Shown here: piece by piece, positions 10,179 through 23,495 of the stretch | Layout of the letters: the number at the start of each line of letters is the position of its first letter | How positions within the stretch are numbered: the stretch's first letter is position 1 | From: Seison nebaliae | Taxonomy: Eukaryota | Reading direction: 5' to 3' | Assembly (NCBI GenBank): GCA_023231475.1 | Contig: JALJEE010002501.1 | Coordinates: forward strand, 1 to 32,274 | DNA: 32,274 nt | Translations under genes and position numbers: made by a program | Notes under the pieces: model-generated | Told to the model about the DNA's origin: nothing | Seen by the model: only the letters and a program-made list of their open reading frames with translations | The model's database searches: none

Positions 10179-13100
10179 AGAAACTATTATGATGTTAACG
10201 AATTTATATCTTTATATTTTTTTCATTTTCAAATTAACAAATATTTAATAACATAACAATTTATTTTTCCATCAACTTGGATCACATCAAGATTATCTAT
10301 TAAAATTAATTGTTCTCTTCATTTTCTTCTTTTCTTTCTTGTTGGCGAAAATAAAAGAAACAAATGTTTGTTGTTGACTGACAATACACGGAATAGAATG
10401 ATTAATATCATCATTGCGAACATAGTACAGTTGATGTGCAATGATGCCAGAAAATTTAAAAGAAAAACATAAAAAAACGACAACAAAAATATTATTAAAA
10501 TAAAACAAGTATATAATAATAATATTTCATGAAAATGTTGGTAAGTATTAGACGATATTACGAAACTTATTCCACTTGGTAACATTCGACTCTTGAAGAG
10601 TTTATTAATGATTAATTAAAGCTTAAAGAATAGCGGACGTTAGGTTGATATGTGCGGCAACTACCAGCAAAATGGTAAAGTTATATAACTTGAGTATGCA
10701 TAAGTAATTTAGGTTAGGACATAATGATTCAATAAATTTATTTATTGTGATATTTAAGTGAGTGTTTAAGATGTTCATGAAGTATTTCCTTTCCTTTTTC
10801 CTTTGACAAAATTTTTATAAAAATATCGAAAAGAAAATTTTTAGTAAAATCGATATATCTATTTTGTGGAGTGGTGGACGACATTGGTCGATGAAGAAAG
10901 TGAAGTAATGTCACGAACATTCATAGATGGATGTAATTAGAAAATATTTCAAATTCTATAAATTCATTAATGGATCGATAAACATTAAAGGTTGTGATGA
11001 AGTCGAATATGAGATTGATATTTGTTTAATATTGGCACGTTCTTCTGGCATATGTCATAAAGGTCTTCCTTAATTAAAGTGAAATAGGAAATTTGGGTTG
11101 ATAGGTAAGAGGAATCTTTAGTAAGTCATTCCCATTAATTTCTTTCTACCTTTCTCCATTGCCAGTCGTCTAATTGATGGATCAACGGATGAACATTAAT
11201 TAGACAATTTGGCGTAGGACGTTGGAAACATTCGCGAAATATTATCAAATTATTGGAAAGGAACATTTATCCTCAACATTTTAGTAGGTATTATTTTATT
11301 TTATTGACAAAGATAGGAGAAGTAGGGAGGAAAAATTGGTGAACATATATTTATGATGATGGTCGGTTATATTATTTATAGGAGGGGAAGATATAGAAAG
11401 AAAGATGGAAGAAAGGAAAAAAATGAATATTCTCCAGAAAGCATTTCTTAATAGCAGATATTATCTTAAAATGAAACAATTCACTGTCGACATCGGACGC
11501 AGTGCACAGATAAAAAATGATCTCTCTTGTGAGTGATTTCCGCTCATCATAATTGTAAGCGAATTCATCATTAAATGGCTCCGATATTTTACATAAAGAA
11601 CAACGTCAGTCAAATGGCGAATAATAATGCCACTACCTTCTCCTTCATTGATAATGACAATATTTGTATTATGCTCAATATCATGCAGTTAAATACTCGA
11701 AGGAATTATTCGACTTGCCACCATCAGACCTTGTTCCTCCAAAGGACTACTATGCGACTTAATACCTTTTGCCAAAAGTAGAATCCGCATAATTTTCGTA
11801 TTTTCAAGTTCATTCATCATTTCTTCTAATCAATATGGTAGTGCCATTTCTACCTATAAATCTAAGTCAATTTTTTGCTTTGGTATCTTTTCAGTTAATT
11901 TTGTAATTAAAGATGCATACTTCTAATTGGTAATCCAAGTTATTGTAGTAATTCCTCATTCTGTTACGTTCCCGGTTGTTTTCAATTTTCAATTTTGACA
12001 AAAAATTTCATTCGGTATTAATTTCCCATTAACAATTTTTGTAGTATTTCAGTAATATTCCATTTTTGTCGAGTAAAAGGAAACCTGAAGGACATATAAA
12101 AAATCGATTAGACAAAAGGAAATCTTTTAAGATTGATAAGGTGAAGATGAAATGTAATATAATTCATATATGTAATTTACGCCATTACCCGTAATCAGAT
12201 TAAATTAAAACATCCGAAGTTGATGGTGTTATCGAAGAATATCGAATATATTTAGATTAGAAGTAAGTCTAATTAGGAAAGAAGCAGATAAATTAATTTT
12301 AATAACATCGACGTCGCAAAAGATGTATAAACAACTGTTTTGCTTATACACAAGATTGAGCGTGCACTTCGTTTTTTTCATTATGATATGGAAAGATTCC
12401 ATCACTCATTCATCCTAAATCATTCCAATTTGTATAAAAGGATATGAAGTAACTGTAAAAGATGTGGACATAAGAATTATATACTATGATTGTATTTATG
12501 CATGATTGCATTATACGAATATATCTTTCCATGCTAATCTATGCAGATATATAGTTCAATTATATATTAGTAAATTTAGAAGAAATAAATAATTCGATTG
12601 ATATCAACAATAATTCGGAATGAAAGATTTGGAAAAGAATAACTAATTCTCTCAACAATATCTCCTTCGTCTGAACTTCATGTAGATAATGATTGAAATA
12701 ATTGAATCGATTTACAATATTGTACACGGGAAATTATTGAAAGAAACTCTTCAGAAAATTTATTATATCAAAACAAATTGTTTTGTTAACAATTATTAGA
12801 AGTGATTAATAAGACCAATAAGATGTTTTTTCGACGAAGAAAGAAAGCCAATCAAGTCGTTGAGCAATTCCGTACTTTACCGTCATGTGATGATTAGAAG
12901 CGATTTTATGGAGCAATTCCATTTATTCATTCCATCTTTCTTCTCACAAAAGCAAAAAAATTCAAATAAAGAATTTTTTGAAAATTTTCCATGACGTATG
13001 TTTGTTGATGAGTTCGGGTTGTCATTACGTAAAAGTGACGTTGTAATTTCAAAAATCATTTTACACTCAACTATTTACGAATCGAACTCTTCTCATTTCA

Positions 13101-15609
13101 TGCCGAGTTATGTTATTGCTTTTCCAATGACATCATTCTACAGAATGCGAAAATGAGTAGTTGAAATTTCGACTCAGAAGAAATCGTATCAGTTCATGAT
13201 CAATGTCCATTTTGTGTGAACATAAATTATTTATGGATCCTTTTCATCTTAATCCTTCAATGGAGAATGTATATGATGTGAAAATTTATAAATATTGATA
13301 GTCGATATTGTATTAGTATGACCAGAGATATGTTATTCAAGTCGCAGATATCTTATATCCATGTGCATAGCGGAAAATTTCTTCATCCACTTTAATGAGA
13401 GACAGATGAAATTCTAATAATTATTTCTTCTCCAATTCATTCTCATGTACATATGTATTCCCATCGACTACTATTGTGATTAATAGAGAACCAACAGGTT
13501 TTACGTAATCCTTTAAACAAATAATATATTTTTAGTATTTTATGTGAAGACTATTAAAATGGAAGATAACCTTCTCGTTCTACCGTTATGCAATGAAATC
13601 GAAGATAAGACAAAAGGTGGAGATTGCGCATGAAATAATTTTGAGAGATACAAATTATTTGGAAGAATAATTCCTAACAGATTCCAACTTTCATCAATTT
13701 CGTATCTACGTCCAAAACAAAAAAAATTGTTATTTCTCTCTAATTTTCTCCAGTTTGAATTACGAGTGTCTGATCGATGTCGATCATATTACGTCGTATT
13801 TTGTTGTTCGTCTAAATTCCTCACTCGTTTAATAAATCTTTGTTTAGATTGAATCCAAATATTTATGTATAATATCAGAAGAAAGAAAATAAACTAAATC
13901 ATTTTCCGATCGGATTCTAATAAATTCTTGTGATGAGTACCCCTAAATTTTTTCCTGAAATTTTACAATTATGTCATATGTCTGTAAACGGATAGAAGAT
14001 AATTGTTAATTTAGAATAATAGTGTTGAATTAATCTTACCATTCTTTTCCATTCTATTCATATCTCGACATTGGTTGTCAACTAACTAGCTAAAACTTAT
14101 TCCAAGGTTCTATTCATCTGTATAGACATGTCCACTTTATTTATACAAACAAATACTGATATTATTAGAAAGATAGGATCGATTATGTAAGAATGAAGCA
14201 AACGGTCAGAAAATGAGTCGATATAATTCTACTATATCCCTTAGTGAATATTTACACTCTTAATTAAGTTTAGGCTATTACTGTCAATAACAAAATGGAA
14301 TACTGTCCTCAACACTAAAGTTAATAAAAAGAATTCTTAATAACTATAATCATTCATTTATTGCAGCCAATTTATCGCTCCCACGAAATTGTCATGTACA
14401 TGATGATAGACGTATTTAATTTATTTATAAATAGAACATATCTCCATTTTTTATTAAAAGATTGATGGTATTAATTTACACTCTAACTCCGAATTCCAGG
14501 TGAAAATCTTAAATTTTTCTATTCTCCTCGTATAACCATCAATATGGAATTGAGGCGAGTATTGAGGAGAGTCTAACAAAAATTTACCTTTTCATTCGTC
14601 TGTCCGAAATGATTGAAACATAAAAAATCAATTAATCTTCATGAAGATTCGCAATTATTTCGTATCATCACAATAACGGCATCCTACCCACAAACTGTTC
14701 AATTTATCTATTGAAATTTATGGGAAATTCTTTTTTTCTTTTTCATTTAAAAGATTCGGTCAATTACTTTAAAAAATTGCTTGAAGTCTTCTTGGACATT
14801 ATAACGAATTCCGTGTCTTCTTTTCTAATTAATGTTCATCTTATTTCCCAAATTGGATTTATGGAATTAGTAGGTGGAGAATTGATAATTTATTATATAA
14901 TAAATATCTGTAACAGAATGAACATAATAATAAGTTGGTTGGAAGGTGAGTGATGTGTTTTATTGGAGAATGATGATGATGTAAAAGAAGAGGTAAGGAA
15001 GCAATTAGATGTGGGAAAATGGAGAGATGAAAAAAATAATGTTATATATTTCTCTAAACTAAAGGGGCTGACTGACTTACTGACAGTTAGTCGGTTATTT
15101 ATTTGCAGAATGTTCCGTCACTTCCCATAATCAAACGTATAAATTAAAGAACGAGGTCCAAAGAATCATTGGAATGAACATTATAGTTCATTACCTAATC
15201 AACATAGGACATTAAGTAGTAAGTCGCAATTAATTAGGTTTGTGCACATCTGGTGCATATTCTCTTAATTAGTTGCTACATAAATTATTTCCTTGCATTT
15301 TAGTAAGACTCTTATTAGTACGTCGTTTTTTTCACTTCCTATTCTATGCTACCTCATAATGAGATTCTACTTCAATTAAATTATTTTCTTATACTTTCAG
15401 TTTGAAAGAATATTTTATTTATTTATCATTAATTTTCTCCTTTATTTTTTCTTAGAATCATGTTCAATTTCTATTTAAAACTTTTGATATTTTCAAACAA
15501 ATGAACACTGAAACAAATTCTTCTCCATAATTGGATTAGATCAATTTAAATTCCTGAGCACAATTTCTATTCATTCAAGGGACATAATATTATCTGGAGA
15601 GGAAGGAAA

Positions 15610-15741
15610 ATGCCTTTCATTCTATCAGTGTCAATCTTCTTGTTTCTCCAAAAGATGCTCACTGCAATTTCAATAAGTGAACTGAATATGTTCTCCGAAA
15701 CGACAGAGATGGCAAACTTCTCGGAACAAATTAATGAAAAG
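15610..15741 (+). CDS. Probable first coding exon (signal peptide) of the downstream GPCR
   Basis: ATG-initiated MPFILSVSIFLFLQKMLTAISISELNMFSETTEMANFSEQINEK has a hydrophobic N-terminus and an NFS sequon. It ends AAG|GTTAGA in phase 0, matching the phase-0 acceptor at 20619. Confidence 0.55.
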
Positions 15742-15858
15742 GTTAGAGAACTTATACTTTATCTTCAAATTATTTAAACGGTAGAACATCAGTTCAAATA
15801 TTTAAAGGCGAAGATATCTTCATATCAAAAATTAACCGCTTAAAACAACTTTCTAACA

Positions 15859-15890
15859 TAATAATATAATATATATATATATATATAATA
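15859..15890. repeat. (AT)n microsatellite with imperfect left flank
   Basis: taataatataatatatatatatatatata read directly from the sequence. Confidence 0.8.
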
Positions 15891-18800
15891 AGACGGTCTT
15901 GCATAATATTCCTGACGTTAAACGAGATCTGATTATTTTATGAACGAATCTTAATCAGAAGTCAGTTACTTCCTAATTTAATAGATGTGATAATTACGAG
16001 TAAATAAAATATTTCGTCGATCTTATGACATTCGATATTATCTCTGGTCGTCTTCCCACCAGATAGAACAATCTTATTTGGATAAGTAGTTATCCACGTA
16101 ATTTATGCAGTAGTTATGTTTCATTAAGTAATAGGAAATGGAAATTAATAATTTTCTGGCGGTAACAAATAAAGTTTATTATTTTCGTTTATTAGTTAGA
16201 ATTTCCGTCGATTTATCTGATTTTCATAAGGAACTAACGGAAATAGAGTCGATAATAAAGAGAAAAAAGTTTAATGTCTATTTAGTATGGATATTCATCC
16301 ACAATAAAACATTATCTAACAATTATCAGGTAATAAAGTTAAAAGAAACAAAAATGTAGACTTAAGTCTACTAGAAGTTTAAAAAAAAAGAATTTAGTTT
16401 TAATAATATAGTTTAATATTTACATTGATATAATACATAATAATAATATTACATACCTAATATACATTGACCACTTTCAATCTTTATAGTTTCTCATTCA
16501 CTTTATTATCGTCATTACGCATCTAGTGGTATTGTGAATTGCTTGCTAATCCAACATGTATATTAATATATTAGTATCAACTATTATTTAGTATATTACT
16601 CATTCCTTATGATAAAAAAATGAAATTTATTTATAACTTTAAATTTTAAAAAAATATATAATGCAAAATCTTTTTAACCTGGAATCTAGATGATGAACTA
16701 CATTTTATAGTTGAAATTCGAACGATTTGCGTGGGATCCAGAAAAGTGGATTTATGACGATATATGTTGAAAATAGATGGTTTATTGTATTGTAGATAAT
16801 GTATTTGATTTGTCACATAATTTAATGTCAGATATCATTTTATAAACTAAAAAGCTTTCGAATATTATGTAATTATTGACGGAAATAAAGATAAATATCA
16901 TAGAGTTGCATCTAATTTATTTACCTGATAAATATGCTATGCATGTCACGAAGAACAAGAATAAAAGTTTTACTTATCAAGTATAATCGGAGCTCTGTTT
17001 TGTTATTTTTGACAATTAACATCATTCTTTTTAAGAAAATATTTTGGAAAATAATATTCGAAGGAAAACATCAATTCACATTATCAAGTGGTCCGTTAGT
17101 GATACATAGGTTTTATCTTGTTTTATCGAACAATATATCATTTCTGGTTGTTAAAATTCGATTAGCATATTGATTCTATAGATAAAGAATAAATAGAAAC
17201 GATGCACATTATAGGTATGAAATAACGAAATTAAATTTCATAGCAAACATTGTGGATTCGGTTGCAACGAATTTGTTTTTTACGTTAATTATGCTCTCTA
17301 CTCTTTTGAAGATTTTAATCTACAATGAGATAATGGAGATATAGAAATTGACAGAAGGCCTTAGTGGTAAATATTATTAACAAAACGAACTTACAATTGT
17401 TAGAAATCATTTCAGATTTCTTCAATTTTTGCTTCTTCTTTCAAATATAACTTTCTTATCATAAAGAAAAAGTAAAATACATTTATGCAAACAATTTTTT
17501 TATGTGACGCGTCATGTTATCAAGATTAATGCAAAATTTTTTTTTCTCCGAATTTGAGAATAAGATCTAACATAGCAATTATCTGCTTAAAAGATTATTG
17601 CAAATAAAAACACCATTACTTTTTAGTTCCGCTCTATAGATATTATAATGTGATTTCTATTTTGCATCCTCTTTTCTGTCGGCAAATTACCGGAATTCAC
17701 TTTGGGAAATCATAAAATACTTTCCGCCATTTCTCTTCTTTCTTAGCGCTGAAATCTCTTTTTAGGAAAACTTTTTTAATTTTTTCCCTTATTCGTTTTG
17801 GAAACATTGAAAATAGTTTTTAACGATTTAACTTTAAATCAAAATCTTATTATATGTTTCAAAGTATATGAGGTAAATATATATAAAGTATATTAACATC
17901 AGCCGAACTTTAAAATTGTGCCCAAATGCGGATAGTCATAGAAATATTGTTAGGCTTTTTTTATTATTCACTTCACTCACTACTGGTTCACAATTTTTAA
18001 TAAGTTTTGAAATTAATTCAAGTTAATTAGTATTTTCTTTGTTTTTATAAAAAAAGCAACGAAACAAGAAGTAAATGAATGAATATTTTAAAAAGTATAA
18101 TAAGGAAATATTAGGATAAATTATACTGAACAAAATTCATTTGATTAATGGGAAACGTTCCCTTGTGACTTATATTAAATCTCTTAGGTTTATATATTAA
18201 TCCTTCGCAAATAACTATAAAGCACTTTCTCGAATTTGCTTATTATTCTATTTTTGTAATGATAATCTATAATAATAAACTAGGATTTATGTAGATCAGA
18301 AAATTAATTATTAGGGAAATTGAATTTTTTTTAAGAATTAGAGTAGCTCTTAAATTGATTGAATAGAAAATATTATTGATATTTATTGCCAAAAAACAAC
18401 TCAGCGCTTTTTTTCTTGCATTGCAAGAATCGATTCTTAATAAATTTTAAGAATGGAGAAATTTGTTAAACATTTGATGTACTATTAATTTTCTTCAGCG
18501 AAAGAAACCATTTTTCATAACTTTTTATCGATAAAAATGTATTATAATTTGTAATTATGGATATTATGTTTTTTGATTGATTGCCAACGCATCTTAAGAT
18601 GTAGTTGAGCATTATTGAGTTAAATGATACTTTCCAATATGCCCTATCACTCAACATTAAATTAAACATCAAGTTCTCATTTGAAACATCTGGTAACTGT
18701 TGATGTGTGTGGGGAGAGAAAAGAAGAATTATTTCATAGAGCATTTGAATAATGTTCAGATGGTATAAAGAGATGTAAAGGATGATGGATTTGATGAATA

Positions 18801-20619
18801 TCATAAGAATAAAATTTGAAATTATTCGTCCGATCAATAACTTATCAATCATTTTGCACTGTTTAATCTTACTGTGAATTTCATTCACAATCAATATGCT
18901 TTATCTATTTCGTATGCATCTCTAATCTGATATTCCTTCCATCATAGGTCAATGAACATAAGACACCGAATTAAATAACTTGCTGTAAAAAAATCTAAAA
19001 AAAATATAATTTACGGACATTAATTTTCTTTTCAATCATAAATTATTTAAACATTCCCTCATTCTATCGAATTTTACATTAATTTTCAATTCATTTAAAG
19101 TAAAATTAACTCTTAAAATTTACCGCTCGTCTGTTTCAAGTTCAAAATTTTGTGCGGTTCTCTCGTCTCATAAATGATGTACAAATTGAGAATGAAACAC
19201 AGAGTATATTGGTCAAGATAAATGATATAGATCTGTGTAGTCCTTGATGAGATGGGAATTAAGAAAATCATTCTAACGGAATATAAGTGGAATCTACGAC
19301 GTTGAATTCTTTCACCTTTTACGGAGGGAAAATAGATGAAATTATCATGGAAATTTATGCAATAGTTAATAAAGACGAATGTCATCCATCAATAGTGTCG
19401 ATAAAAATATTTCATTATTATTTTACCCATCCGGCCACCTAACCATTTTTCAACTTCACTCTATTTTTATTCCAATTGTTCATAGTTGTAGGTGTAGATT
19501 TGTGGATGGAACGCCGATATGTAATGCGAGAAAAATAGAAGATATTTAAGACAAAATAAATAAATTTTATGAAGAAGATATATAGGAGAATTAGAAGAGT
19601 ATTCACAATTCGGCAGAGTAGAAAAGAAATAAAAAGCAAAAGAAGACGGTTCATTTTTCTCGGGTCATTGATAGAATTCTGTCAATATTTCTTCCCAACT
19701 TATTCTATTTGAATATCCCTATAATTACTTATCATAAATATTGGGTTTTTTGATCAAACCTATTTCTCAAGAGAGGCTGTTTTCAAAGAAAATACTTTTT
19801 GTCAATAGTAAATGATAGAGATCAGACTGCAAATTCTGTAATATGTGCATTCTCTTGTAAATTTCCTCCTTAGACTAAGTAGCTCCTTCCGATAATTTAA
19901 ATATGTGTTATTTCTCTTCGAATACCCATTCTCGTGAATAAACTAAGCTTTACATAATAATAATAATTGTCCACATTCCTCTAATCTTTCCTGGTGTATA
20001 GACCTTTCCTGGGAGTACTCCGAACCATTTAAAGGGAAATAAAAATAAAACTACTCAGACTTTCCGTCAATAAGAGGTTTAATTCTGTCAACTGAAAACA
20101 CATCATCTACGTAACGTAGAATATCGATCGGGAGATGATAGATAGGGGGATTATTATGATTAAAATTAGAAAAGAAAAATACGAATTATTGAATGTTTTA
20201 CAACTTTTTCCAAAATAATACTACTTTTAAGTCGAGGAAACGAGCTAATTATACATGAAGGAATTGAAACAAGGAGAATTGTAAGTAGTTTCATAAGTAG
20301 TTTCGTGCTAAAAGAGAAAGATTGATTGACATTAAGAAATAATGATGTAGGCGAATTGGTATCCGATGATTAAGTAAAAGGAGAAAAACTGGAGATTTGT
20401 CTAAAAGGAAATTGTTAGATTTCTTAATTTCATATAATATGGAAGTATCATGAATGTTTGTTGGCACTCATCATATTGGTACTAATATGGAAAGTAGAAT
20501 ATTTTATCATCTAATTTCTTTTTGTTGAATATCTAAAAGAAATTAACAATATTATTCTGATATTACATTCGCAAATTTTATCTATCTTCATCATCTTCTT
20601 CTTTTTATTTTGCGTCCAG

Positions 20620-23052
20620 GGAGAAAATCAAAAATTATCATCATTTTGGTATAAGTACGATAATTATCCAATAAATTATCAATACTCGCTCAATAAAGAA
20701 GATTCAACAAGAACGCTAGATCACAATTTAGCGCTTTCACCTAATGACAACAGTTATGAAGATTTATTTGACGTAGATAGCGAACAATACGATGACATGG
20801 ATTCCCATAATATTTGTGATTATCTCTACAAAGTATCAAGGGAAATCCAAAGAGATAATACTCGCAGCATTTTCATAGCAATCTTCTCTATGATCAGTGT
20901 ATTTGGAATGTGTGGAAACCTGTTGGTCATATCGGCAGTCATCCGAAATAAGAAATTGCGATCAATGCACAATATGTTTATTGTCAATTTAGCATTCTCC
21001 GATTTCCTCCTTTGCTCATTTACGGCTCCACTTACGGTTTATCGATATGTGGAAACTGGGAATTGGTGTTTCGGTTTATTCCTCTGCAAATTAATTCCAA
21101 CTCTCCAAATCATGAACATGTTCACCAGTACATTCTCTATCACTGCTATCGCCATCGACCGATATCATTTAATTGCCTTCACTCAACATCGACGTAATAT
21201 CAGAGTAATTGGATATTTGGGTATTTTCGCCGTCTGGATATTGTCCACTTGTATTGCAATACCAGAATTCCAGCATCATATAATAACAGAAATTGAATTG
21301 AAAAAAATTATCGATGGGAAAGACTGTAAAAATGTGAAGCCATTGAAGACTTGTATGGAAATTCCAGATATTCAATTTAAGAAAGCTTATACGATTACCT
21401 TAATCGTTTTACAATATGTGGCGCCAGTACTTTTGGTAACCATTTGCTACACGTTATTAAGCAGAAGATTAAAAAGACGAATTGTTTTGAGACAACGACC
21501 TCTCGATACATCGTTTGCTAAACCGATTACCCAAATTGATAATAATGATAATGATAAAATTAGTAGTCATAAACAGAGTAATAATCTGGAGAATAATAAT
21601 AATTCTAGTAATAATATAAAAGAAAAAGAAATAGCTAGGAAAAGTATATTATCCACTCATTCGATTTGTTACAAAGATCAAAAACATTCAAACGATTTCA
21701 GTTCGGAATGTTCCGATACATCGAATGGGAAAAACAAAAATATAATTGACGACGTTAAAAGTTATCAGAATTCTTCCAATAATGATGGTATGATAAAAAC
21801 TCCATTATCTAATCAAATTCATGAGAATAATAAGAAGAAATTATTCTCTTATTATATGGCAATGAGTAGTATTGATTGTTCGAGTGCAGATGATGATTAT
21901 ATTTTAAAATCACCGAAATATCCATATTCTGGTCATTTACGAGCCTCAACTTCTCATCGAGATCTTTTAGATTCGACAACGACCGCTACCGCCGTCGTGA
22001 ATTATCATAGTGAAGGCAATATAGCAGTTAGATTACGTTCGTCATCATTCTCGTGTAATCAACGTTCAATAGAAACGGATAATAAACTGTTAACTAATAA
22101 ACCGAATAAAAAGAAAAGTATTAATCAAGCAACTCGAAACAGTTTCCACAAGATGAAGAAAACGAATAATAATGTTGATGCTAATGATTTCGTTTCATAT
22201 ACATTCGACGCAATATCTGGTTTGAATACATCGGCATCCGCTACTCCATCTCCATCATCGTCGGTCTTATCTCTCAATAAATCTCTACTAAATTATTCGA
22301 AAAATAACAATCATAACGATAATGAGATTGGAAATAATATTGACAAATGTAGTTTACATCAAATAGTAGAATGTTCGAAAATGGATAATAATAATAATAA
22401 TCATTTTTTCGGTAGTCACAGTTATAATACGAGTCGGAATATTTCTACTCGAACAATTCCTCGGAAATTGACGATGAGTTTAACTGTTAAATTTAATTCT
22501 GTGAAGAAATTTCGTCTTGTGAGTCTTATGAATCGAACGAGAGAGACAAAGAAGCAATCTTTGGAGAAAATTAGACAGAAACGAATGAGAAGATTATTGA
22601 CTGCACTTGCTTTAGTTTGTGCACTTTCATGGCTTCCATACCATTTTTATATAATAATTGGTGATTTCTTTTATGCGAAACTTTATTCGGTTAATGGTGG
22701 TCTATCTATTAATTTAATAGCTTGTTCATCCGCTGTCATGAATCCAATACTTTACGGAATTCTCAATGAGAATTTTCGCAAAGAATTCCATAGTATTCTT
22801 AATGTTTTCTTCCATCTTTTTCATCATTGTCGTAATAAAAGGAAAACTACTAACGCATCTAATAACAATAACAACACTATTCACCATAAAACTAGCAATC
22901 CATTCCGCTCAACACTCTTTAGTAATAATCCGATAAGTCATAATGGTAATAATGTCAATAATAATCCGAACAATTTAGATACAAAATCAACACATTTCCA
23001 ATTATTACTAACAACAGCAACTGATCCACTAATAGCAACATCTCAAATTTAA
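20620..23052 (+). CDS. Rhodopsin-class neuropeptide GPCR, NPF/NPY-receptor-like (main exon)
   Basis: Motifs GNLLVI, NMFIVNLAFSDFLLC..PLT, STFSITAIAIDRY, LSWLPY and SSAVMNPILYGILNENFRKEF. The frame is open for 59 codons upstream of Met 20797, back to a pyrimidine tract and CAG acceptor ending at 20619. Confidence 0.93.
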   Translation, partial: GENQKLSSFWYKYDNYPINYQYSLNKEDSTRTLDHNLALSPNDNSYEDLFDVDSEQYDDMDSHNICDYLYKVSREIQRDNTRSIFIAIFSMISVFGMCGNLLVISAVIRNKKLRSMHNMFIVNLAFSDFLLCSFTAPLTVYRYVETGNWCFGLFLCKLIPTLQIMNMFTSTFSITAIAIDRYHLIAFTQHRRNIRVIGYLGIFAVWILSTCIAIPEFQHHIITEIELKKIIDGKDCKNVKPLKTCMEIPDIQFKKAYTITLIVLQYVAPVLLVTICYTLLSRRLKRRIVLRQRPLDTSFAKPITQIDNNDNDKISSHKQSNNLENNNNSSNNIKEKEIARKSILSTHSICYKDQKHSNDFSSECSDTSNGKNKNIIDDVKSYQNSSNNDGMIKTPLSNQIHENNKKKLFSYYMAMSSIDCSSADDDYILKSPKYPYSGHLRASTSHRDLLDSTTTATAVVNYHSEGNIAVRLRSSSFSCNQRSIETDNKLLTNKPNKKKSINQATRNSFHKMKKTNNNVDANDFVSYTFDAISGLNTSASATPSPSSSVLSLNKSLLNYSKNNNHNDNEIGNNIDKCSLHQIVECSKMDNNNNNHFFGSHSYNTSRNISTRTIPRKLTMSLTVKFNSVKKFRLVSLMNRTRETKKQSLEKIRQKRMRRLLTALALVCALSWLPYHFYIIIGDFFYAKLYSVNGGLSINLIACSSAVMNPILYGILNENFRKEFHSILNVFFHLFHHCRNKRKTTNASNNNNNTIHHKTSNPFRSTLFSNNPISHNGNNVNNNPNNLDTKSTHFQLLLTTATDPLIATSQI

Positions 23053-23495
23053 TTTTGAATAATAAATCAATTTCTGTTAATATTTTATTTATAGACAATT
23101 CTTGTTAATTGAAAATAAAGAAGAATCTTCCTTCTTATTCTTTCCCTAAAATAATCGGACAAAAAATGGAAATTTTTTCAATAAAAAACTGATTCTTTCT
23201 TTTCGAAATAAATAAGTCACGAACTACTTTAATCATTCATGATAGTTGTAGTAATTATCAAAAAAAAGAAAGAAAATGTTAAAAAAACATAAAATATATA
23301 GTTCTATCTCTATTTTTCTTCTGGAATAACCAGAACGATGGAATCGAACAAAATTTACAATATATAAAAAACATCGGAAAATTTTTTGAATTCGTTTTAG
23401 AGATTGAGATGGAGATTAATCCAAAAAATTTCTATAAAATTCAGAGATCTTTCTAAAAATCGGTGTTCCTTAATGAAACTGTTTTGAGATGAATT

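Noticed and set aside
10635..10720. TTAGG/TTAGGTTAGG as a telomeric or transposon repeat
   Set aside because: Only one or two units are present, with no inverted termini or target-site duplication seen.
10293..19654. Short Ile/Phe/Leu-rich ORFs in the gene-poor region
   Set aside because: Their composition matches translated AT-rich non-coding DNA, with no motifs.
9933..23052. Neuropeptide gene and adjacent GPCR as a linked ligand-receptor pair
   Set aside because: The peptide is corazonin/GnRH-family, while the receptor motifs are NPF/NPY-type, whose ligands end RF/RY-amide. The adjacency is probably incidental.
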